DNA of 53,194 nt from Planctomycetota bacterium (GTDB lineage Bacteria; Planctomycetota; Planctomycetia; Pirellulales; UBA1268), in contig JBAXOU010000002.1 of the NCBI GenBank assembly GCA_037133115.1, positions 1 to 53,194 of the forward strand. Direction: 5' to 3'. The position numbers and the translations under genes were made by a program. Below are positions 45,710 through 53,194 of the stretch, piece by piece; position 1 is the first letter of the stretch; every line of letters starts with the position of its first letter. The notes beneath the pieces were generated by a model. That model ran no database searches, was not told the DNA's origin, and worked only from the letters and a program-made list of their open reading frames with translations.

Positions 45710-45970
45710 TCAATCCTTCGCGAGAAGTTCCTGGAGCAGGGCCGCGAGCTTCCGGGCATCGTCCGATTGGCGGATTTGGTCGATCCGTGTCTTCGGAACC
45801 TCGAGCTTGGTAAGCGACGTGACGATGCTCGTCCAGAGCTTCTCCCGCTTCTTGCCCTCGGCCAGATAGAGGTCGGTCACTTGCTCGCCCAGCCGCTGGA
45901 GCAGGGCGGTGTCGAGGTTCGCGTAGTAGTTCTTGACGATCGACCGCTGGTACTTTGTGAGTTCCGCCAT
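45710..45970 (-). CDS. Small hypothetical protein (86 aa)
   Basis: Balanced, helical, K/E/L-rich composition unlike the shadow ORFs. It sits directly upstream of thyX on the same strand. Confidence 0.6.
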   Translation of the reverse strand: MAELTKYQRSIVKNYYANLDTALLQRLGEQVTDLYLAEGKKREKLWTSIVTSLTKLEVPKTRIDQIRQSDDARKLAALLQELLAKD

Positions 45971-46052
45971 GGCGGGGGTTCCGTCGCTTGGAGGTTGCCG
46001 GGGAGACCGCTACAGTATCGGCGAAATCCCCAGGATCCATCGAGAGTTTCCC

Positions 46053-46400
46053 ATGCCCACCATCACGTTCACGAACGAAAAGAAGGAAATCCAGGTTCCG
46101 GCCGGAGCGAATCTCCGGAAGGAAGCGATTCGGGCCGGCGTCCAACTCTATCCGGGCGTCCATCAGGTCGTGAACTGCCATGGGTTCGGCCAGTGCGGCA
46201 GCTGCCGGGTGCTCGTCACCAAGGGGATGGAAAACTGCAGCAAGCGGGGCCTGATGGAGTCGGCTCGGATGGCGGTATCGCTGGCCTACATCGGCAACGA
46301 GTCGCAGATGCGGCTGGCCTGCCAGACGAAGGTCAACGGCGACATCACCGTCACCACCAAGCCGCCGCTGAACCTCTTCGGTGAGAACTTTTTTAGTTGA
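46053..46400 (+). CDS. 2Fe-2S ferredoxin-like protein
   Basis: MPTITFTNEKKEIQVPAGANL with the cluster motif CHGFGQCGSC and a distal LACQT Cys. The start was trimmed to ATG at 46053. Confidence 0.7.
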   Translation: MPTITFTNEKKEIQVPAGANLRKEAIRAGVQLYPGVHQVVNCHGFGQCGSCRVLVTKGMENCSKRGLMESARMAVSLAYIGNESQMRLACQTKVNGDITVTTKPPLNLFGENFFS

Positions 46401-46441
46401 CCGGTCTGGGCCATCCATGGCTGCGGGCGGCAATGGCTGAT

Positions 46442-46469
46442 CGTAGCCGCAGGTTGGCAACCTGCGGTG
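46442..46469. repeat. GTAGC-AGGTTGNCAACCT palindrome family copy
   Basis: CGTAGCCGCAGGTTG-G-CAACCTGCGGTG with perfect 10-bp arms. A GCCATCCATGGCT fragment of the family 1 core lies ~30 bp upstream. Confidence 0.75.
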
Positions 46470-46538
46470 ATGCTCTGCCGCGGTTGGAGTGCACGTGCGG
46501 GTTGACACTCTGCACCCACGACGCGGGGTCGTGAACCG

Positions 46539-46844
46539 ATGAAAGAAGTGATCGTGATCGTGAAGCCGTTTCTCGCCGAGCGGGTGCTCGAGGCGCTGAA
46601 GTTCGCGCCGCTCGAGGCGTGCACGGTCCGCGAGGTGAAGGGCTACGGTCGCCAGAAGAGCTACCTCGACGCCTATGGCGACAGCGAATACGCGCTTGCG
46701 TTTCTGCCGAAGGTGGAGATCCAGCTCTGGGTGGAAGACGCCCGCGTTGACGAGGTCGTCAACGCGATCACCGCCGTCGCCCGCACCGGCCGCATGGGCG
46801 ACGGCAAGATCTTCGTACTGCCGGCGGCGGCCGTGGACGGGTGA
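46539..46844 (+). CDS. P-II family signal-transduction protein (short, 101 aa)
   Basis: MKEVIVIVKPF..., T-loop VKGYGRQKSYLDAYGDSEY, FLPKVEI and RTGRMGDGKIFV. Confidence 0.8.
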   Translation: MKEVIVIVKPFLAERVLEALKFAPLEACTVREVKGYGRQKSYLDAYGDSEYALAFLPKVEIQLWVEDARVDEVVNAITAVARTGRMGDGKIFVLPAAAVDG

Positions 46845-46947
46845 CGGAGGGCCCCGGACTGCCCCGAGCCGCGATCTCGTCGCTCACGCGCCGTCCGTCA
46901 GCCGGCAAACCGTTGCGCACGTGCAGCAGACCGGGCCGTCCCTTCAT

Positions 46948-47003
46948 CACTAGTCAAGTACACTTGACTAGTGGCCGATGCTGGTCAAGACTTCTTGACC
47001 AGC
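46948..47003. promoter_or_regulatory. Two adjacent perfect palindromes (candidate operators) upstream of the Fic gene
   Basis: CACTAGTCAAGT-AC-ACTTGACTAGTG (46948-46973) and GCTGGTCAAGA-CT-TCTTGACCAGC (46980-47003). Both share GTCAAG-N4-CTTGAC and lie in a locally AT-richer patch 34-89 bp before the ATG at 47037. Confidence 0.6.
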
Positions 47004-47036
47004 GGATGCCAAGAGGAAAGGAGGGCTACCTTCGTC

Positions 47037-48188
47037 ATGCGACGAACAACCGGGACCTATCAGGTGACCAAGGGCGGCGACGAAGAGGTGCGGGCGTTTG
47101 TTCCGGTGCCGCTTCCGCCGGCCAATCCGCCGCTCGCGCTCGACGAGCCGCTGATGACGTTGCATGCCGAAGCGGTTGCCGCTGTCGGCAAGTTGAGCGT
47201 CGCCGGCGCGATGGTGCCGAGTCCGCAGTGGTTCATCTATGGGTTCGTGCGCAAAGAGGCCGTGGTCTCGTCGGAGATCGAGGGCACCCAAGCCACGCTT
47301 CAGGACGTGGTCACCTACGAGGCCACCAAGCAGGCCGAGCGGCCAGACGATGTCCGCGAAGTCTGCAACTACGTCGACGCGCTCACCTACGCGCGGGCCG
47401 AGATCGCCAAGCCCAAGGGCTTGCCGCTGAGTTCACGTCTGCTCTGCGAGGCGCACAAGCGGCTCATGCGCGGCGTGCGTGGCGCGGATAGGCAACCCGG
47501 CGAGATCCGGCGGTCGCAGAACTGGATCGGCGGCACGCGCCCGGGCAATGCCAGCTTCGTGCCCCCGCCGCCGGAGAAAGTGCCCGCGCTCATGGCGCAG
47601 CTCGACACGTGGTTGCATTCCAGTGACGCGCTGCCGCCGCTGGTGAAGGCCGGGCTGGCGCACGTGCAGTTCGAGACGATCCACCCGTTCCTCGATGGCA
47701 ACGGTCGGATTGGGCGATTGCTCGTCACGCTGCTGCTCGAGCACTGGGGGCTGCTCAAGACCCCAATGCTGTACCTCAGTCTGGCGTTCAAACGCAGGCA
47801 GCAGAAGTACTACGCGCACCTCAGCGGGGTGCGCACCGCGGGTGAGTGGGAAGCGTGGACGACGTTCTATCTCGAGTGTGTGCGCGAGGCGGCGGACGAC
47901 GGTGTGCGGGCCGCGGAGGCGATCTTCACGCTCGTTGGGAAAGACCGCGCCCGCCTGATCAAGCACGACACGGTGACCGTGCCCGCGGTTCGCCTGGTCG
48001 ATCTCCTGCCATCGAACCCAGTCGTCACACTGCCCCTGGCCGTCGAGTTGCTCGATGTCAGCAAGCCAACAGCGATCAAAGCGATCGAGTCGCTCGAGAA
48101 GACAGGCATCCTGAAGGAGACCACCGGCAAACGCCGCGACCGCGTATACGCCTACCAGAAGTACCTCGATGTGCTCACTGGGGGCTGA
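47037..48188 (+). CDS. Fic family protein (AMPylase type) with an N-terminal inhibitory motif and a C-terminal winged-helix domain
   Basis: Fic motif HPFLDGNGRIGRLL, inhibitory (S/T)xxxE(G/N) as SSEIEG, and C-terminal KPTAIKAIESLEKTGILKETTGKRRDRVYAY. GGAGGG lies upstream of the ATG at 47037. Confidence 0.85.
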   Translation: MRRTTGTYQVTKGGDEEVRAFVPVPLPPANPPLALDEPLMTLHAEAVAAVGKLSVAGAMVPSPQWFIYGFVRKEAVVSSEIEGTQATLQDVVTYEATKQAERPDDVREVCNYVDALTYARAEIAKPKGLPLSSRLLCEAHKRLMRGVRGADRQPGEIRRSQNWIGGTRPGNASFVPPPPEKVPALMAQLDTWLHSSDALPPLVKAGLAHVQFETIHPFLDGNGRIGRLLVTLLLEHWGLLKTPMLYLSLAFKRRQQKYYAHLSGVRTAGEWEAWTTFYLECVREAADDGVRAAEAIFTLVGKDRARLIKHDTVTVPAVRLVDLLPSNPVVTLPLAVELLDVSKPTAIKAIESLEKTGILKETTGKRRDRVYAYQKYLDVLTGG

Positions 48189-48256
48189 TGCAGCGTGCTC
48201 GGCCTGTTATCACGATACGCAGTTCATTGCGGAAGCTCCATTGGCCGGACCATCCG

Positions 48257-49096
48257 TTACTCCCGGAAGATGCCGGTCGCGTACCAGATTCCGTTGCTGC
48301 CGCGGCGGATGTCGTAGCCGTAGGCCGAGTGCGATCCGCTGACGCCCCGCCAGTGGCCCGACGACTGCCGCCAACTCGCCACGCAGTCCACGCAGGAATC
48401 GAGCAGGTCTTGGTTCTCCCAACTCTCGGCGCAGACCTCGGCCGCGGCGCCGCCGAGCCGCTGCGATCGCGTCTCCCAGCCGTGGTGGCCCTGCCGGCGG
48501 ATCCTCGCCTGGTGGGCCGAGTGGGCTTCGGCCTCGCCGCAGAGCCCCGGATCACAGAAGCCCTCGGTGCTGCGGGGATTCTCGGGGTGAAGGCGAACCG
48601 CGAGGATCATCGACCGCTGCGTGAGCGACCCCGCCGGCAATGAGGCGAGTTCGTCGAGATGGTTGGGGGCGAAGCGGTAGTACTTCCCCGGCGTCTGCGG
48701 GAGCACCGACACGATCCGGCCCCGCCAGGCGTCGTGGGCATGATCGACGACGAACAGGCCAGCGCCGCCCCGCATCTCGACGAGGCCGCGGTCGGCTGCG
48801 AGAGTCGCCGCGGTGGCGGCATCGGGGCGGCAGAAGACCCAGGGCGTCCCACTCGCGGCAAACCGCTCCTCGAGGCCAGGGCGGTCGAGCGAACTCTCGC
48901 CGCCGTGAGACTCGACCGCCACCAGGAGCATCGCTCCCGAGGCCCGCGCGGCCTCGGAGGCAGCGGTGTAGTCGTCGATCCGCTGAACCGTCTGGATGCC
49001 GGCAGCGGGGCTGGTTCGCAGCGGCGTGGCCGCGAGCGCAGAGGTAAGAGACAGAGAGAGAAGCACAAGGGTAGCGGCGCGAAGAAACATGATCAC
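48257..49096 (-). CDS. Secreted hypothetical protein whose C-terminal region is possibly CAP/SCP (PR-1-like)
   Basis: Signal peptide MIMFLRAATLVLLSLSLTSALA. The C-terminus HHGWETR...AESWEN...WRQSSGHWRGV...YGYDIRRGSNGIWYATGIF resembles CAP-domain blocks. The gene call is firmer than the function. Confidence 0.55.
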   Translation of the reverse strand: MIMFLRAATLVLLSLSLTSALAATPLRTSPAAGIQTVQRIDDYTAASEAARASGAMLLVAVESHGGESSLDRPGLEERFAASGTPWVFCRPDAATAATLAADRGLVEMRGGAGLFVVDHAHDAWRGRIVSVLPQTPGKYYRFAPNHLDELASLPAGSLTQRSMILAVRLHPENPRSTEGFCDPGLCGEAEAHSAHQARIRRQGHHGWETRSQRLGGAAAEVCAESWENQDLLDSCVDCVASWRQSSGHWRGVSGSHSAYGYDIRRGSNGIWYATGIFRE

Positions 49097-49380
49097 CTCG
49101 TGGCGGGAATGGACGGAGGGAGAGCGCGGCCGGGGAGGGATGGATGGCCGCTGGGTGGGGCCACGATTGAACCACGCCAGGAGTCACAGCGGCAACCACC
49201 ATGCCACCGCGGGGTCGTATTGGGCGGTTTTTTGCGGCCCGGCGGTGATCGCGAGGTTTGGTGTGGAGGCCGGCAACCCTGTCGAGATAGACTTCGGCCT
49301 CCCGAGGAAGGGGAGACCGGCCGTGCGCTGCCGTCGCTCTTCCATTCGTCCACAGGATTCTCTCCCAGGACCCCATTCGC

Positions 49381-51324
49381 ATGTCGCTTCGCCACGTTGC
49401 CCCTCTCGCTGCCGCGTTCGCCTTCGCTCTCGTGGCGACCCCGTCAGTCGCTGCCGATCTCACCAGCCTCGGCAGCCAGCCGCTCGGCGCCGGCGAGGCC
49501 TTCCGTCCAGTGTCCGAAGGCCGCCTCGCGGCCGCCGCGTCGAAACTCCGTGAGTCGATCGGCCCCCTCGACCGGCTCCTGGCCCGCAGCGCGAGCGGTG
49601 AGAATTGGAAGAAATACCTCGACTGGTCCGCGCTCCAGCAGCAGGCGGCCTCTGGATCGCACGCCGACGTGACCACGCTCCGACGGATTTTTGGTCGGCT
49701 CGACTCCGGTGAGAACGGTTTGGAGATGCCGCAGTTCGCGGCCGTCCGCCGAGCCGTCGGGAGCTACCTGGAGGCAGCCGACACCGCCTCCAGCGCGCAG
49801 GCAGCCGATGTCTACGTTCAGCGGCTCGACAAGCTCGCCGCCGCGGTGGCCACCGCCGCCGCAACCGGCACGCCCGAACCGCTCGATCCGGTTGGGCCGC
49901 TGCTGGCCCGCCTCGAGGATTCGGGACAGGCTCCCGGGGCCGTGGCGCGGATTCGTGGCGCCGTGAGCCGCCCCAACCTGTTTCTCGAAGTCGATGAAAG
50001 CCTGCTGGCCAACGGCGTCAACCGTCCCGTGAACGATGTGTCGCCGATCAACGATACCGTGCTTGGCACGCGGGTCCGGGGCACGGGCCGCACGGACGGC
50101 CTCGTGTTCCTCGACTTCGTGCCCTCGACCGACCGGGCCACCGTCGACATCGCATTCAACGCCACCAACCACTCCGACACCAAGGGCTCACAGGGGCCCG
50201 TCACGGTTCGAACCCTGGGCACGACGAAACTCGGCGCCCGCAAGCGGATGCTGATCGACGACCAGCAGATCGTTGCCCTGCCCATCGATGCCCACGCGTC
50301 CACCGACACGCGGACTGCGGGGATCGGCGTCAACAAGAAGTTCGGCCAGCGGCTGATTCGCAAGATTGCGTCGCGGAAGATCGCCGAGATGAGGCCCCAG
50401 GTCGAGGCAATCGCCGAGGGGAAAGCCCTCGCGAAGGTCCGCGAGCAGTTCGAGAGCCAGACGGCCGACCCGATCGCCCGCGCGTCGCGCGACTATCAGG
50501 CGAAGTTTCGCAGGCCAATGATGGAGCGGGGCTGGTATCCGGAGATGCTGAATCTCTCCACCACGCAGTCGCGGCTCCAGGTGACCGCCCGCAAGTCGCT
50601 GCCCGACCAGATCGCCGCCTTCACCGCGCCCCCAGCGGTCGATCCCGATGCCGTCCTCTCGGCCCGGGTGCATGAGTCGATGGTCAACAACTCGGCTGAG
50701 ATCACGCTCGGTGGCCGCACGATCACGCAGAAGTTCGTCGAAGAACAGCTGAAGAAGAACAACATGGCCGTGCCGGTCGAACTCAAGAACGACGCCGACC
50801 AGCAGCCCTGGTCGATCACCTTCGCGAAGCGGCGGCCGGTGGAACTCGACGTCGATAACAACCGCGTGAAGATGACCGTCCGCGGCACCGGCTACACCTC
50901 GGGGGAGCGGGAGTTCGACGCGATGGACGTCTGGGCGACTTACCGGATCGAGCCGGGGCACCCGGGTGTCCGTCTGGTGCGGGACGGCGACGTGCAGATC
51001 TACCCGCCGGGATTCGTGCCCGGCGGCGGCAAGAAGCTGAGCATCCAGCAGACCTCGCTGCGGGGCATCCTCCAAAAGCGGTTCAACAAAGTGTTCAAGG
51101 AGGTGGTGGATGTGGAGCCGCTCAAGCTACCGGGCGAGATGGAGAAAGCCGGCCCGCTGCCGATCGAACAACTCGACGCCCGTAAGGACGGCTGGGTGGC
51201 CGCCGGCTGGCGGAAGCCGTATCCGGTGGTCTACGGCTCGGCTCCCCGCGAGATCATCGTGTCGGAGGAGCCGTCGTTCGTGGCCGAGGGCGCGACGGTG
51301 ATCGAGACCTCGTACACGCGCTGA
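49381..51324 (+). CDS. Secreted hypothetical protein (647 aa)
   Basis: Signal peptide MSLRHVAPLAAAFAFALVATPSVAA and a natural composition throughout. I recognise no motif. Confidence 0.65.
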   Translation: MSLRHVAPLAAAFAFALVATPSVAADLTSLGSQPLGAGEAFRPVSEGRLAAAASKLRESIGPLDRLLARSASGENWKKYLDWSALQQQAASGSHADVTTLRRIFGRLDSGENGLEMPQFAAVRRAVGSYLEAADTASSAQAADVYVQRLDKLAAAVATAAATGTPEPLDPVGPLLARLEDSGQAPGAVARIRGAVSRPNLFLEVDESLLANGVNRPVNDVSPINDTVLGTRVRGTGRTDGLVFLDFVPSTDRATVDIAFNATNHSDTKGSQGPVTVRTLGTTKLGARKRMLIDDQQIVALPIDAHASTDTRTAGIGVNKKFGQRLIRKIASRKIAEMRPQVEAIAEGKALAKVREQFESQTADPIARASRDYQAKFRRPMMERGWYPEMLNLSTTQSRLQVTARKSLPDQIAAFTAPPAVDPDAVLSARVHESMVNNSAEITLGGRTITQKFVEEQLKKNNMAVPVELKNDADQQPWSITFAKRRPVELDVDNNRVKMTVRGTGYTSGEREFDAMDVWATYRIEPGHPGVRLVRDGDVQIYPPGFVPGGGKKLSIQQTSLRGILQKRFNKVFKEVVDVEPLKLPGEMEKAGPLPIEQLDARKDGWVAAGWRKPYPVVYGSAPREIIVSEEPSFVAEGATVIETSYTR

Positions 51325-51335
51325 TCACGCCGCTC

Positions 51336-51465
51336 GGGGCTGCCCGTGCCCGTCGCCGGACGTTCGCGGATGCCATCGTGGCATCCGCTCTCTGCCTGTC
51401 CGCTGCGCTTCGGCATCCTGCCTACGCTTGCTCCCAGAGCCCGGCTCCCGGGCACGCGCAGCCCC
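51336..51465. repeat. ~130-bp hairpin repeat, family 1, divergent copy D
   Basis: GGGGCTGCCCGTGCCCG...CGGGCACGCGCAGCCCC closing stem followed by the shared CTCGCTGAG flank. The interior has diverged (GCGGATGCCATCGTGGCATCCGC hairpin). Confidence 0.7.
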
Positions 51466-51663
51466 TCGCTGAGTTGATCGTGAGGGGGAGCAGCCGGATC
51501 GGAGGCACGCGCAGAAGCCGGTGACACTTGTGGACGCCGGACGTCGACATTCCGTTGGTGCGCTGAAATCACAAGTGCCGCCGGCGCCGAGCATGTCACC
51601 GGCCGGCTGCGGCGCTTCGCGAGAGTGCCTCGGTGTGATGCACGAGCACGGTTCCAACGGCCC

Positions 51664-53194
51664 CTACGGCAGCAACTTCGGCTCGACCGGCTGGAAGGGG
51701 CGGACCCAGATTGAGCGGAACTGCACCGGGTTGCCGTGATCCTGAATCATGAGCGGCAAGGCATCGGCGTGCTGCTGATAGCTCGGTGGCTGGTGCCAGA
51801 ACGTTTCGCCGAGGATCACGGTGTCGGAGTGGATCGCGATGCCGTTGTGAAGCACGCTCACGCGGCCCCGCTTGTCGAGACTGCCGTCGGCGGCGAATCG
51901 CGGCCGCGTAAACAGGATGTCGTAGGTCTGCCACGCGCCCGGCCTGCGGCAGGCGTTTACCGCGGGGGGCCGCTGCTTGTAGAGAGCGCCGCACTGGCCG
52001 TCGGGATAGGTGAGCGGGCCGTCGGTGCCGTCTTCGAACGAGTCGAGCACCTGGATCTCATACTTGCCCATCAGGAAGATACCGGAGTTGCCACGGCCCT
52101 GGCCCTTGCCCGACGCCGGCGAGGGCATCCGAAACTCGACGTGCACCTGACAGTCGCCGAAGGGTTGCTTGGAGACGATCCGCTCCTTGCCCACGGTGAC
52201 CACGCCGTCGGTCACCGGCCAGTTCTCGCCGTTCTCCCAAGCCGTCATGTCCTTGCCGCCGAAGAGTACCACCGCGTCGGGGGGAATCGGGGCCGGCTTC
52301 TCCGGGGCCGGGCCCGGATCGACCGCCTTCGGCCGCGGCCACTCGATCGCCATCCGCCATTCGCCGCTCTCGTGCTTCGTGCCGCGAAGCTGCAGTCGCC
52401 GGAAGCGGAGCGACTCCGTGAGCCGATGGGCCTCCGCCTCGGCGTCGCCGATCGGCGGGCCCGCAGGCGTCCCAGGACGCGCGTGGCCCGCCGCCTCGCG
52501 GTAGGCATCGCTGAGCAACCGCATTCGCTGCGTCACCTCGGGCAGGAAGGGGCCCAGCTTCGTGGGCAGGTCGGCGCTCGCTGCCGCCTTCGCGTCACCG
52601 AGGCCCGCGATCACCGCCCGGCAGATCGCCCAGTGGCCCTCGTCGTTCGGGTGGATGCAGTCGGGCGTGAACGTAAACGCCGGATCAGCCGTCCTTCGTT
52701 CCTCGAGGGTCGCCCTCATCGGCCCGTGGACGTCGATCACCGACCAGCCGTCGGCCCGCCGCGCGAGCAGCCAGTTGGAGTAGGCGGTGAGCACCGCGTC
52801 GTAGTCGGTGTCGCCAGCCGGGCCGGGATTGGTGGGCTGCTTGTCATAGACGGGAGGCGTGAGGTGGATGGTCTTCACCCCGGTTTTCTCGACGGCGGTA
52901 TGGAGCCGCTCGATTCCCTCCTTGAACTTCGCAAACCGTTCCTCGTCGAGCGGCTGATAGATGCCGCAGTTCATGCCGTACATCGCCAGCACGAGGTCCG
53001 GCCGCGTCACCTTGAGCACGTGATCGAGACGGTCGAAGACATCGGGCCGGGGAAATCGACCGCCCGCGTGTCCTTGTTCGGTGAGCCCCGAGACCGTCTC
53101 GCTCGAAAGGCCGACGTTGATCACGTCGGCCGTGAGGCCCTGCTCCTCCATCCACGCCACGAGGTCGGCCACCCAGCGGCCGTCCTGGGTGATC
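51664..53194 (-). CDS. SGNH/GDSL-type hydrolase fused to a DUF1080 (3-keto-disaccharide hydrolase-like) domain; 5' end outside window
   Basis: The reading frame stays open to the window edge (..ITQDGRWVADLVAWMEE). The SGNH-like N-terminal half contains IHPNDEGH. The C-terminal half (GRGNSGIFLMGKYEIQVLDS, IQDHGNPVQFRSIWVRP) is typical of DUF1080. Confidence 0.75.
   Translation of the reverse strand, partial: ITQDGRWVADLVAWMEEQGLTADVINVGLSSETVSGLTEQGHAGGRFPRPDVFDRLDHVLKVTRPDLVLAMYGMNCGIYQPLDEERFAKFKEGIERLHTAVEKTGVKTIHLTPPVYDKQPTNPGPAGDTDYDAVLTAYSNWLLARRADGWSVIDVHGPMRATLEERRTADPAFTFTPDCIHPNDEGHWAICRAVIAGLGDAKAAASADLPTKLGPFLPEVTQRMRLLSDAYREAAGHARPGTPAGPPIGDAEAEAHRLTESLRFRRLQLRGTKHESGEWRMAIEWPRPKAVDPGPAPEKPAPIPPDAVVLFGGKDMTAWENGENWPVTDGVVTVGKERIVSKQPFGDCQVHVEFRMPSPASGKGQGRGNSGIFLMGKYEIQVLDSFEDGTDGPLTYPDGQCGALYKQRPPAVNACRRPGAWQTYDILFTRPRFAADGSLDKRGRVSVLHNGIAIHSDTVILGETFWHQPPSYQQHADALPLMIQDHGNPVQFRSIWVRPFQPVEPKLLP

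Noticed and set aside
46971-48188. Fic as a toxin of a toxin-antitoxin pair or part of a mobile island
   Set aside because: There is no small antitoxin ORF adjacent. The inhibitory motif is intramolecular (class II). No integrase, tRNA or direct repeats flank it.
48552-49676. 374-aa minus-strand ORF spanning two genes and their divergent promoter region
   Set aside because: It overlaps the better-supported signal-peptide genes at 48257-49096 and 49381-51324, and has shadow composition.
1-53194. tRNA, rRNA, tmRNA, CRISPR or prophage content
   Set aside because: I inspected the intergenic regions by eye and found nothing with a tRNA cloverleaf or rRNA-like conservation. This check is not exhaustive without tRNAscan or Infernal.

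Overview
High-GC (roughly 65-70%) chromosomal window that looks planctomycetal. Supporting signs are two DUF1559 prepilin-like H-X9-DG proteins, a 1724-aa dockerin/Calx-beta/lamin-tail surface protein with an Arg-rich leader, and a PEP-CTERM protein. The first 13.3 kb (minus strand) is a complex I operon, nuoABCD-EFGHIJKLM; nuoM runs off the window and a structured repeat sits between nuoD and nuoE. Next come a glycosyltransferase pair, secreted hypotheticals, an M20 peptidase, icd, the giant surface protein with an upstream DUF1559 gene, an IS3 remnant and an OPT transporter. After that are a Tyr-rich small secreted protein, an MBL-fold hydrolase, and two tandem non-canonical dynamin-like P-loop NTPases translationally coupled to an amino-acid ABC importer. 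Further on are a very Cys-rich repetitive secreted protein, a cobalamin riboswitch with its operon, thyX, a ferredoxin, a P-II protein, a Fic enzyme with twin palindromic operators, more secreted hypotheticals and an SGNH/DUF1080 protein. The riboswitch operon encodes a DUF1559 pseudopilin-like protein, a DUF4465-like PEP-CTERM protein, a methyltransferase, an ABM protein, a PabA/TrpG amidotransferase and MoeA. The best candidate for an undescribed system is this riboswitch driving a pseudopilin-like DUF1559 protein plus a DUF4465-like surface protein, which could be a non-canonical B12 acquisition module. Also notable are a ~130-bp hairpin repeat family whose stems co-vary between copies, and a GTAGC-AGGTTGNCAACCT palindrome family. 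All calls come from reading the sequence and the ORF track only. No searches were run. Most long ORFs antisense to the called genes are high-GC shadow ORFs.
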